A program made the position numbers and the translations under genes. A DNA stretch of 64,000 nucleotides, taken from contig NC_043007.1 in NCBI RefSeq assembly GCF_006345805.1, positions 8,866,001 through 8,930,000 of the forward strand. Direction: 5' to 3'. Every line of letters starts with the position of its first letter. The first letter of the stretch is position 1. Below are positions 38,958 to 53,445 of this stretch, piece after piece. Source of the stretch: Octopus sinensis. Its lineage: Eukaryota. The notes under the pieces were generated by a model that worked only from the letters and a program-made list of their open reading frames with translations, did no database searches and was not told the origin of the DNA.

Positions 38958-39620
38958 TTATTTATTTATTGCCTGCCACAAGGGGCTAAACATGGAGAGG
39001 ACAAACAAGGACAGACAAAGGGATTAAGTCGATTATATCGATCCCAGTGCGTGACTGGTACTTAATTTATCGACCCCGAAAGGATGAAAGGCAAAGTTAA
39101 CCTCGGCGGAAATTGAACTCAGAACATAACGGCAGACGAAATACAGCTACGCATTTCGCCCGGCGTGCTAACGGTTCTTATTTCTTTACTGCCCTCAAGG
39201 GGCTAAACATGGAGGGGACAAACAAGGACAGACAAAGGGATTAAGTCGATTATATCGATGCCAGTGCGTGACTGGTACTTAATTTATCGACCCCGAAAGG
39301 ATGAAAGGCAAAGTTGACCTCAGCGGAAATTGAACTCAGAACATAACGGCAGACGAAATACAGCTACGCATTTCGCCCGGCGTGCTAACGGTTCTTATTT
39401 CTTTACTGCCCTCAAGGGGCTAAACATGGAGGGGACAAACAAGGACAGACAAAGGGATTAAGTCGATTATATCGATGCCAGTGCGTGACTGGTACTTAAT
39501 TTATCGACCCCGAAAGGATGAAAGGCAAAGTTGACCTCAGCGAAATTTGAACTCAGAACGTAACGGCAGACGAAATACTGCTAAGCAGTTCTCCCAGCGT
39601 GCTAACGTTTCTGCCAGCTC
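38958..39620 (-). mobile_element. SINE family B tandem array, 217-bp period, 3 units
   Basis: GAACTC at 39115, 39332 and 39549; the full head (GAGCTGGCAGAAACGTTAGC) is present only at the 39620 end. Confidence 0.92.
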
Positions 39621-39989
39621 AACCAGGTCTTGATTTGCAAGAAACAGCAGTGATATTTCCCGCAAATCACATTTTACTAGTGAGTACTTTGTCCACTAAA
39701 GGAACAAAGTACTCACTAGAACAAAATTAGGCATTTCAATAAGAGGACGTAATAATCGTATATGAACGATGCATTCTGTCGAATAATGTCAGAGATCCTT
39801 CGGAGCGACTCCATTTCGGCCTCTTGTATTTGCAATCATTCTCTCTTGGTCATTACCCAACATTCGGAACCATTGGTGAGGACACACGAAAATCAAATTT
39901 AAGATTTTTTTTTTTTTTACCATCTCCGTTTCTGAAGATCGAACGCTGAAGCTATCGCATTACTATGATTATGTGATTAAATTGTCTCT

Positions 39990-40215
39990 GGTAGGAAAGG
40001 ATCATACGAGAGATTTTTCAAGGGGAGGCAGCTGTTAGGAGACCAAGAATGTAATGACTTGGAAATATCCGTAGACTCAGTTGGTCATACTTGAGAATCC
40101 AGTCCGAAAGTGTAATTACAGTTGCTTCTGAGAGAGCCCTATGAAGGAGGGACTTTAGGACTCTACACCTCCTAGGCACCTCCTAGGCACAGTGGACTGA
40201 GAAAAAGGATGGATA
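39990..40215 (+). pseudogene. Degraded RTE-type LINE 3' end
   Basis: RRPRM**LGNIRRLSW...VASERAL*R then GGATGGAT tail; a similar minus-strand remnant lies at 32160-32240. Confidence 0.4.
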
Positions 40216-40334
40216 TTCGCAGATGAAATGGGTTTCATCATAGTTCTGCGCGAACAAGACTGGCCCTAATCTTGGGCTGAATAAGAACAACAACAACAAC
40301 GAATTTATTACTAGTTGTTTCATCCAGAATCATA

Positions 40335-40737
40335 CAAGAAGACACTCCAAATGTCGTTTTCCCAAATGCGGCAATTATGACGATTAACCTTCCGACATGT
40401 GTGAGAAGTAATTTCATCGCCGAACAGAATGTCGTTGATTAAATTGGCACATTCAATTTGATGAATAAGCTCGGTACACATCGCTGATCAGTGTGGATAA
40501 TCCTGTTCTAGGTTTTGAAAAACTTGAATGCCCACAAGCTTTTCTTTTTTATTCAATTCACTTCACAGGATTCTGTGGATAGATGCACGTTGAATTTCTA
40601 ACATGTGAGCTTTCTGCGAGAAGATAACTGCAGATCCTGTTCAAATGTTTCTCAAATATATTCATTTCTTTATCCAGATTTTCTTGGACGCCTCGTTCTT
40701 CTATCATCATGCACAGATCCGGTTTTCTGAAATTTCA
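40335..40737 (-). pseudogene. Tc1/mariner transposase remnant, rosa (DD41D)-like
   Basis: MKFQKTGSVHDDRRTRRPR...SIHRIL...ILFGDE...KVNRHNCRIW. Confidence 0.7.
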
Positions 40738-40740
40738 TTA

Positions 40741-40905
40741 GGAGCAGCAATGTGGTAAGTAGCTTGCTTATCAATCACATGGTTCTGGGTTCAGTCCCGC
40801 TGCATAGCACCTTGGGCAACTGTCTTCTATTATAACTTCCGGCCGACTAAAGCCTTGTGAGTGGATTTGGTAGACGGAAACTGAAAGCAGCCAGTTGTAT
40901 ATATG

Positions 40906-40953
<48 letters not shown>

Positions 40954-41210
40954 CATTTATGCATGCATGTATGTATGTATATGTATATGTTTGTGTATCT
41001 GTGTTTGTTCCCCCGCCACTACATCATTGCTTGACAACCGTTGTTGCTATGTTTACGTCCCCGTAATTTAACGGTTCGGCAAAAGAAACAGATAGAATAA
41101 GTTCTGGGTTTACAAAGAATAAATCCTGGGGTCGATTTGTTCGAGTAAAGGCGGTGCTCCAGCATGGCTGCAATCAAATGACTGAAACAAATAAAAGAAA
41201 GAATAAAGGA
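40741..41210 (+). mobile_element. SINE family A
   Basis: TGTGGTAAGTAGCTTGC...GGGTTCAGTCCC...GGCGGTGCTCCAGCATGG. Confidence 0.9.
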
Positions 41211-41699
41211 AACTCGAGAATAGCGGCGGCAACGGCTGCGGCGGCGATCGCTGCGGCGATGACGGTGGGGATATTCTTGGCGGTATTCTATTCATTACGT
41301 TTTATGTTCCTTAGACGCCTGAGACTGATATATTTAAAAACCGGTACTAATACCCATTAGTGATCATGAATATGTCTTTATTTTTTGATTTGCTTACTAT
41401 TAAGAAAGAAAGGAAGAGGGAAAGGGTGAAAGAAAGAAAGATGAGCGAAAGAAAGTAGGGAAGACAGAAATAATAAAAAAACAAAGACCGGAAGAGAAAA
41501 AGAGAGAGTGAGAGAAAATAGTGTGAATGGGGAGATAAAAGGGAAGGAGATTGTGAGGGAGCTAGAAAGAGAGAGAAAAGAAAGACCGGTGAATGACAAA
41601 GAGAAAGGACCAATAAGAAAAAATACATAAAGAAGGATTAACAGTTTTGTTTACGTGAAGTTTTACACGAAACTTACTTTCAGTAATTCATCCCTTTCC

Positions 41700-43460
<1,761 letters not shown>

Positions 43461-43621
43461 GCTGTGTTGGTAGTGGGCGGGGAGGGGGATAAATTCTTTG
43501 TTTATGTCGGTATATCTGAGCGAGGAATATAATAGAAATAATTATCAGAATAATGGTTAATGGCGATGGTAGACATGGTGGTGGCGATGGCGAAGATATT
43601 TAGGAAAGATCAATGAAAACA

Positions 43622-43666
<45 letters not shown>

Positions 43667-43951
43667 TGAGTAAAATCATCGAAGATACTAACAATGTTTA
43701 AGTAGTGAGGGAACTAAAATACAACAATAACAACGGCAACAATAAAAGAAACAATAATTATTATAATTTCGTTTATTTGCCACCAGGGCAACCGATGGGG
43801 GAGGCGTTGCAAGGAGGTACAAGATTGTAAGCGTAAGACGAGAGAAGTTTAACGAAAATAATACATAGGCTTTTATTACACAATAATAACAGCAACAACA
43901 ACAACAACAATAATAATAATACTAATAATAACAATAATAACAACAACAATA

Positions 43952-44639
<688 letters not shown>

Positions 44640-44640
44640 T

Positions 44641-44860
44641 AATCCTTTCTACTATGGGCAGTAAGCCTGAAATTTGGTGGGACGGGACAAGTCGATTACA
44701 CCGACACCAGAACTTGACAGGTACTTACCTCATAGACCCCGAAATGATAAAAGGCAAAGTCAACCCCGACGGAATTTGAACCCAGAGCACAAAGACAGAC
44801 GAAAGACCGCTGAGTGTTTTACCCGGCGTGCTAACGATCCTGCCAGCTCACCTCTTTATC

Positions 44861-44913
<53 letters not shown>

Positions 44914-45100
44914 TAATAATGTTATTATTATTATTATTATCATCATCATCATCATCATCATCAAGGCCACGGGCCGACAGAATTGTTAGCATGCCGGACA
45001 GAAAGCTTAGCGGCGCATCGTCCGCCTTTACGTTCTGAGTTCAAATTCCGCCGAGGTTAATCTTGACTTTCATTCTTTCGAGGATAAACTGGAGTCAATG
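44641..45100. mobile_element. Two SINE family B copies (44641-44855 -, 44960-45100 +)
   Basis: Family B head and core motifs. Confidence 0.8.
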
Positions 45101-45673
45101 CGATGATGATGATGATGATGATGGTGGTGGTAGTGGTGGTGGTGGTGGTGGTGGTGGTTGTGGTGGTGGTGGTGGTGGTGATGATGATGGTGGTGGTGGT
45201 GGTGGAGGTGGTGCAGATAGTGGTATTGGTTTTGGTGGTGGTGGTGGTGGTGGTGGTGCTATCGGCAGCGGGGATGATGATGATGAGGATGAAGGTGATT
45301 ATGATGGTGACGATGATGATGATGACAGTGATGATGACGATGACGACGACGATAACGATGATGATGATTCTGATTATCATTATGCCAATGAGGCTGATGA
45401 CTACAATAAAAACAGAATTATGATTTAGTAGTTAATCCTGATGGAAATCACGCCATAACAACAAAGATAAACAAACAAACAAAAAGACCTAAAACCAACA
45501 AATATAATAAAAAATCACTAGAAAGCATAGGTAAAAGAAAAATGGAAAAAGGAAGGCTAGAAAGTATGTGTGTGTGTGTATGTGTATGGCTTTCTAAGTA
45601 TGTGCTTATGTATGTTTGTATGCAGTTCTGCATCTCTGTGTGCGTGTGTGCGTGTGAATGGTTGTGTGCGTTT

Positions 45674-45705
<32 letters not shown>

Positions 45706-45985
45706 TTGTTTGTTTGTGTGTGTGTCTGTGTTGATGTGGTTCTCATCTTACCAAAGTGCAGTCGCATTTCTAATTGGAGATTGAAACCGATACGGTAGAA
45801 GATACACAAAACCACCATAGCGTTCAAGAGTAAAACAATGGCGAAGAAACAAAAGCAAAAATCACCAACGAAAAGCATGCTTCTGCTGCTGCGGCTAGTG
45901 CTGCTGCGGCTAGTGCTGCTGCGGCTAGTGCTGCTGCTAGTACTATCATTAATAATAATAATATAATAATAATAATATAATAATA

Positions 45986-46019
<34 letters not shown>

Positions 46020-46029
46020 AAAAAATAAA

Positions 46030-46061
<32 letters not shown>

Positions 46062-46079
46062 TAATAATGATAAAAAATA

Positions 46080-46151
<72 letters not shown>

Positions 46152-46237
46152 TAATAATAATTAATAATAATAATAATAATGATAATAATAATAATAATAA
46201 TAATGATAATAATAATAATAATAATAATGATAATAAT

Positions 46238-46654
46238 ACTCTTACTCTGTCTTTTACTCTTTTATTTGTTTCAGTCACTTGACTGCGGCCATGCTGGAGC
46301 ACCGCCTTTAGTCGAACAAATCGACCCCAGGAATTATTCTTTGTAAGCCTAGTACTTATTGTATCGTTCTCTTTTGCCGAACAGCTAAGTTACGGGGATG
46401 TATACACACCAGCATCAGATGTCAAGCGATGTCGGGTGGAGACAAACACACACACACACCACACACACACACATATACATATACATATATACAAAGAGCT
46501 TCTTTCAGTTTCCATCAACCAAATCCACACACAAGGTTTTCGTCGGCTGGAGGCTATAGTGGAAGATACTTGCCCAAGGTGCCATGCAGCGGGACTGAAC
46601 CCAGAACCATGTGGTTGGTAAGCAAGCTACTTACCACACAGCCACTCCTGCGCC
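46238..46654 (-). mobile_element. SINE family A, full length
   Basis: Ends ...CACACAGCCACTCCTGCGCC on the plus strand. Confidence 0.92.
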
Positions 46655-46714
46655 TATAGTAGTAGTTGTAGTAGTAGTAGTAGTAGTAGTAGTAATGATG
46701 ATGATGATTATGAT

Positions 46715-46900
46715 GAGGAGGATTTCGGCATAAGGCCAGCAATTTTGAGGAACGGTTAAGTCGATTCCATCGACCTCAGTACTCAGCTGGTACCTATTTT
46801 ATCGACCTCGTAAGGATGAATGAGAAAGTCGACCTCGGTGGAATTTGAACTCAGAACGCTAAGCCTTTTGGTCGGCGTGTTAACGATTCTGCTATTTCGC
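46715..46900 (-). mobile_element. SINE family B
   Basis: GTCGACCTCGGTGGAATTTGAACTCAGAACG. Confidence 0.8.
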
Positions 46901-46970
46901 CGACTTCTATCCTTTTACCTTTTTACTTGTTTCAATCATTTGACTGCGGCCATGCTGGTTCACCTCTTTC

Positions 46971-47023
<53 letters not shown>

Positions 47024-47042
47024 GTAATATAATAATAATGAA

Positions 47043-47166
<124 letters not shown>

Positions 47167-47185
47167 GTAATAATAATAATAATAA

Positions 47186-47378
47186 ACAAAAACACCAGGA
47201 CTTACAAACACATATAACATACAGAAAATTGCACTACTAGGCACTGCACACATCCTACGCAGAACACTTTCCATACAATAACCATCAGAGCATCACAACA
47301 AATCACAGCACATACCCAAGGCACACAGAGCTGCGCTCGGTAGTGAAGTGAAAGCACGCTATAAAAATAAAACTACTG
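47186..47378 (+). mobile_element. 5'-truncated R4/Dong-clade (RLE) LINE: C-terminus plus 3' UTR, inserted in (TAA)n
   Basis: TKTPGLTNTYNIQKIALLGTAHILRRTLSIQ* (stop 47279-47281), typical QK.ALLGTAHILR end; (AAT)n on both sides. Confidence 0.8.
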
Positions 47379-48590
47379 AATAACAATAATAATACTGATA
47401 ATAATAGTAATAATAATGGTAATGCTCATTATACCGGATAATAAAACAAACCGATGAAGCAGAGCAACTGGTGGAGTCTAATCTCAACCAAGCAAACTTA
47501 AAATATGAAGAAAATAATACACAAGCTTCAGTAAAACGGAAGTGCATCACATGATTCAACAAAAACCCACATAAAACTACTGAAGAAAAAAATGGTGTGT
47601 AATAATCAATACCCTTATTTATCGTATTACTATTCTCTACTGGACAATTAACGACCTAGCTAAACTAGTCATATAATGAAGGGGAATAATAATTACAATT
47701 GGAATGCACCAGCCAAAATCAGAATGATTGGAAGGCTATATTATCTGTGAATGTTAAGCCGTAGGGGGATTATAAAACTAGAAATCTACTACGATACACT
47801 CATTGCAAGATTACAGAATCAATGAAAATTAATACAAATAGTTATGAAACAATCTATGAAGAAAAAGAAAAAAATACACATTCCAAGAGATTCTTCCAAA
47901 CTAATATTTTCTATCTATAAGAAAGCTCTGACTTCTTAAAATGATTAACTAATATACTTGAGTTTATTCATTCTGAGAATTTCTAAAAAGAATGAAATAA
48001 TTTTGTTCATGGTTACCATAGTCTAGAATTTTTTTAAGAATTTAGTAACACCAAATAAGAACAGCTAATTTTAAATATTTGTATTCGATGTATTTTTCCT
48101 AAATTCAAACTTTTAGTTCTGCCAAATATTGTCAGGTAATAATTATCGCCCTAGCACTTACGGTCCCCTAGGAGATGCTACATGTATGAACCATGAAGAA
48201 AGCAAAACAAAACTGTTCCCTGTCGTCAAGAAAATCTACGGCAATCGTGAAGCGCTTAAATTATTGAAATAAAATTGGGTTTACAGGATTCCAGTATAGA
48301 ATGATGACAAGAAAAGTGTCTTCATGGCCAATATTGGAAAAAGCTGAGCAGTGTAAAATAGACAAAAATAGTTCCAACACTAAATGAGAAGTGGATGAAT
48401 CAAAGAGGCAGAAAAGTTTTCGACTGCGGCGCAGAACTGACACTTCGCCACTAGAAACCACCCAAAGCATATAACGAAACGGAATAGAGAATCTAACCGC
48501 AGGATATATGGAGATGGGAAGGATCAACTTAATCAACATCGCAAATTAAATTAAATATGGATGCTCACTCAATGAGATGGCAACGATTTG

Positions 48591-48640
<50 letters not shown>

Positions 48641-48784
48641 TTAAGGTGACAAGCAACACTTTAATACATGTTGTACGATTTCAGTAGGGAAATTACTATG
48701 AAACATTATTTGAAAATATACACTATAAGAGGAGAAAATAAATAAAATCCACTAATGTGTCATCTACTATAGCCCCGACCATAA

Positions 48785-49145
48785 GCGCAGACGTAGCTGT
48801 GTTGTAAGAAGCTTGCTTCTCAACCACATGGTTCCGAGTTCAGTCCAAATAGGTGTCACTACTCCAGCCTCAGGTTGGCCAAAGCCTTCTATGTGGATTT
48901 TGGAGACCGTATGGATTTTATGTATGTGTGGGAGGGGTGTACGTACGTGTATGTGTTTACGTGTGTCTTTATGTCTGTCCTCCACCAACACTTGACAACC
49001 AGCGATGGTTTTGTTGATGTTCCAGTAACTTAGCAGTTCAGCAAACGTTGATGATGAAGTAAGTACCAGATTTTAGAGAACAACGTACTGGGGTGGATTC
49101 GTTCGTTAACATATCTTCAAGGTGGTGCCCCAGCTTGGGCACAGT
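48785..49145 (+). mobile_element. SINE family A, diverged
   Basis: AACCACATGGTTCCGAGTTCAGTCC...CTTGACAACC. Confidence 0.75.
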
Positions 49146-49340
49146 GGACTAAGCACAGTCTTACAAATGCTTAGGAATTATTAGAGTAGACAGTGTACAA
49201 AACAGACAAATGGATGAAAATGTTAAAAAGTAATATTATAGACACATTATATAAACTACTTAAAACTGGCTAAATGCCAAAAGTATAGTCATACACAATA
49301 CACACACACGCACACACACACACTATATATATATATATAA

Positions 49341-49389
<49 letters not shown>

Positions 49390-49452
49390 TAAGTATATAT
49401 ATATATAATAATATACTATATATATATATATATATATATGATATATATATAC

Positions 49453-49488
<36 letters not shown>

Positions 49489-49515
49489 ATGAATATACAT
49501 ATATATATTAATACA

Positions 49516-49547
<32 letters not shown>

Positions 49548-50437
49548 GATATATATATATTATATATATATATATAATATATATATATATATGTATATTA
49601 TATATGTGTGTGTGTGGGTGTAATCTAGCTTACCAGTAATAAGTTATAGTATAATATTCACAATTGGATGTAAATGGTATTAGCAAGACTAGACTAGAAA
49701 ATAAATAAAAAAAATAATTACATTTCGAAATCAGCACCCAGAAACCGACTCATAAAGATTATATTTACCAAGAATAATTGCAGATATGGGCATTGTGTAA
49801 TTAGAAAACTATTATAATGTTCTTAATGTAGGGATACAAAAAAATATAGTAGACAGGAAAAAATAAACAAAACAATGAATGAAACAAGCAAAATTCTTTA
49901 TCGTTTTAAAATAATGTGTAGTTATTTTTCACTTTTGTATTTGGTTAGCATGATTCCTTGTGTCAGAGGGTCGTAATGTCAATAATAAATACACGCACTG
50001 GTTCTTTTTCACTTCTTTTTTATATTATTAGTCTATTCGTTGAAAAATTTGACGAACTAACTAATCGATTGTTTGGAGTAGAGGGGGAATGTGATTGATG
50101 AGGACACGAATGGCGACGAAAAGTCTTTAACTGGTAGAGCTAACTCATTGATTAAACGAACAATTAATCAAATGACCGATAATTTAATTGGTTAATATTT
50201 AGTTACTTGACTAATATATTATCTTTTAACTTTTGCTTGTTTGCATCATTGGACTGCGACCATGCTGGGGCAACAACGTGAATAATTTTAATCGAGCGAT
50301 TCGACCTCAGTACTTTTTAAACCCTGGTACTTGTTCACTCGTTCTTTTGCCTAAACGTTAAGACGCAACGACGTAAATAGACCAACACCGGCTGTCAGAG
50401 ATGGTGACCGAAGCTAATTCGGACACAAAACACACAC

Positions 50438-50501
<64 letters not shown>

Positions 50502-50505
<4 letters not shown>

Positions 50506-50841
50506 GTCATCCCATTAGTACTGTCTGAATCTTGAATAAAGAGAAAACAAGTGTTATATTAAATGTTATATTTAATGAAATTTAATCAATCAATTTACTT
50601 TTCCTGATTATCACCGGAAAGCTTTGCGACACATAAATGATCTTTGGATACTCCATGTTAGAAAGAAGGGTTTTAATCAAAGAAAATTTTATTCTATTAT
50701 TCTGTAAAATAATATTTAATTAGTTTAAATGTACACAAATTCATAAAAAAACAATTTTTAATTCTATTAGACTTTAATATACTATTAAAATTTATTCCAT
50801 TTTAAAAAAGGTAAAACCGGACAGAATCGTGGGATGACTGA
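50502..50841. mobile_element. Tc1/mariner-type MITE in (TA)n
   Basis: Imperfect TIRs TCAGGTCATCCCAT...CTGTCTG / CGGACAG...TGGGATGACTGA, TA on both sides; GTCATCCCA is shared with the mariner TIR at 5560-5579. Confidence 0.7.
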
Positions 50842-50865
50842 TATATATATATATATATAATATAT

Positions 50866-50901
<36 letters not shown>

Positions 50902-51250
50902 CTATAATTAAGGGTTTAGCAACAAGTTACTTCACCACATACCGAAAATTTAGAAATAGCAGCCAAAAACATTTTTTTTTTCACTACAAAATATGACTCC
51001 ACAGATAATATTTGTAACTCACATAGGTAAAAAGAAGAAAAAATAAAGAAATCAAGCAGTCTTCGAGTAATTATGGACGCGTTTCTGGATTAGAATTATA
51101 AAAATTCATTTCCTTTGTCAACATAATGTTTCGAGAATTATAAATTGAAAATGCTAGAAAAACTTACCCATTGCATTTCCGATCAAGCGCCATCGGAACA
51201 TAGCACAAGGCAGTCAGCATATCCTAACTTATATAGACGAGTGAATTCGT

Positions 51251-51415
51251 ATGACAGGTTTCTTTCAGTTTCTGTCTACTAATTCCACTCGCAAGGCTTT
51301 GTTCGACCTGAGGCTATAGTAGCAGACACTTGCCCAAGGTTAATCCCATTAGGTGTGAACCCAGATCTATGTGGTTGGGAAGCAAGCTTTTTACTTCACA
51401 GCCACGACTGCGTCT
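51251..51415 (-). mobile_element. SINE family A head half
   Basis: TTCTTTCAGTTTC...GACACTTGCCCAAGGT...CACAGCCACGACTGCG. Confidence 0.8.
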
Positions 51416-52022
51416 AATAATAACAACAAAAGAACTGATATATATGCCAAGATATCAGTGGTATCTATACTTGCATTGGTACAGTATTCATTGAGAAGAT
51501 ACTACTTAAGGTTCATTGCCTCTACTTGAAGAAACGCTCAATTGTAAAGGAAGTAGCAAACTCGCTTGCTATACTGCGCCGAGAAGACATTCATGAATCT
51601 GATTTGTTTCTGGGGGAACTATAAAAGGGTAACTGAAGGGACCACCGGAAAGCTTTGCGACACATAAATCTATGAATGTGGTTTGTCTAATATGGCTTTC
51701 GGGGTATTGGCAAAATGAAATGCTGTCTTTCAGTAAGTAAATTCACGTCCCATCGGTACAGCATGAATTGTGTTGTTGATATATTTCGTACATTTGACAC
51801 AGTCCAATGCATAGAAATGTATAGGTAAATAATAAATAATATGATGGATGATAAAATAAAAGTAATTTAACCCAGAACGGACAACATAAGTAATAATACA
51901 TCTATATAGTTTGTCCAACATTCGTTGAGTAGAGTGGCGTGTTGACAGCATGCTGGGTTCTTAATTCAAAGTTCCATAATCTCTATGAAGTAGGGGTTGC
52001 TGTATTTTTTATATTTCCACAT

Positions 52023-52436
52023 CGTAGGAGTGGCTGTATGGTAAGTAGCTTGTTTACCAACCACATGATTCCGGGTTCAGTCCCACTGCGTGGCACCTTG
52101 GGCAAGTATCTTCTACTATAGCCCCGGGCCGACCAAAGCCTTGTGAGTGGATTTGGTAGATGGAAACTGAAAGAAGCCCGTCGTATATATGTATAGATAT
52201 ATATATGCGTGTGTGTGTTTGTGCGTCTGTGTTTGTCCCCCTAGCATTGCTTGACAACCGATGCTGGTGTGTTTATGTCTCCGTTACTTAGCGGTTCGGC
52301 AAAAGAGACCGATAGAATAAGTACTGGGCTTACAAAAGAATAAGTCCCGGGGTCGAGTCGCTCGATTAAAGGCGGTGCTCCAGCATGGCCGCAGTCAAAT
52401 GACTGAAACAAGTAAAAGAGTAAAAGAGTAAAGAGA
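52023..52436 (+). mobile_element. SINE family A, full length
   Basis: CGTAGGAGTGGCTGTATGG...GTAAAAGAGTAAAAGAG. Confidence 0.95.
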
Positions 52437-52540
52437 GTACTAAAGTCTCGACACTTCTTCATTAGAATTCCAATTTTTCAGGGTTCAGCAGAACAGGGTT
52501 TAAATACACTTTCCAATAACTGTTATCTTTTACTTGACCC

Positions 52541-52952
52541 AATCATGAGACTGCGCCCATGCTGGAGCACCACCCTGAATAATTTTTAGTGGAATGTATC
52601 GACCCCAGTACTTTATTTTTGAAGTTTGGTACTTATTCTACCGACTTCCTAAGTTATACGGACGTAAATACGCTAGCACCGGTTGTCAAACAATGGTGAT
52701 GGGGGCCAAACATAGACGCAATGGCAGACACACACACACAAACACACACACAGAGACACACACACACACATATGTATATACATATATACGATGGGCTTCT
52801 TTCAGTTTCCGTCAATCAAATCTGCTCACAAGGCTTTGGTCGACTAGAGGCTATAATAGAAGACACTTGCTCACGGTGCCGCGCAGTAGAACTGAACGCC
52901 GAGCCATGTGGTTGGGAAGTAAGCTTCTTATTCACACAGCTACGCCTGCGCC
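52541..52952 (-). mobile_element. SINE family A, diverged
   Basis: Reverse head CACACAGCTACGCCTGCGCC. Confidence 0.85.
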
Positions 52953-53055
52953 TGTAACTTATTATTTACGAATCATTGAATACAAACTCTTGTGAGTAAT
53001 GATACTCTGGAGATTGAAGGGTTTGTTTTAAACAGTAAATATGAGCAGGGATGGA

Positions 53056-53445
53056 TGGAAGCACTCCGTCGGTTACGACGACGAGGGTTCCGCTCGATCC
53101 GAATCAACGGAACAGCCTGCTCGTGAATGAAATTAACGTGTAAGTGGCTGAGCACTCCACAGACACGTGTACCCTTAACGTAGTTCTCGGGGATATTCAG
53201 CGTGACACAGAGAGTGACAAGGCCGGCCCTTTGAAATACAAGGTACAACAGAAACAGGAAGTAAGAGTGAGAAAAAGTTGTGGTAAAAGAGTACAGCAGG
53301 GATCACCACCATCCTCTGCTGGAGCCTCGTCGAGCTTTAGGTGTTTTCGCTCAATAAACACTCGCAACGCCCGGTCTGGGAATCGAAACCGCGATCCTAT
53401 GACCGCGAGTCCGCTGCCCTAACCACTGGGCCATTGCGCCTCCAC
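53056..53445 (-). mobile_element. SINE family D (tRNA-like head GTGGAGGCGCAATGGCCCAGTGGTTAGGGC), full length
   Basis: B box GGTTTCGATTCCC; tail ...CGTCGTAACCGACGGAGTGCTTCCA; matches 63634-64000. Confidence 0.92.

Noticed and set aside
50092-50135. TTGATGAGGACACGAATGGCGACGAAA
   Set aside because: Only 3 of 5 stem II pairs and no stem I complement.
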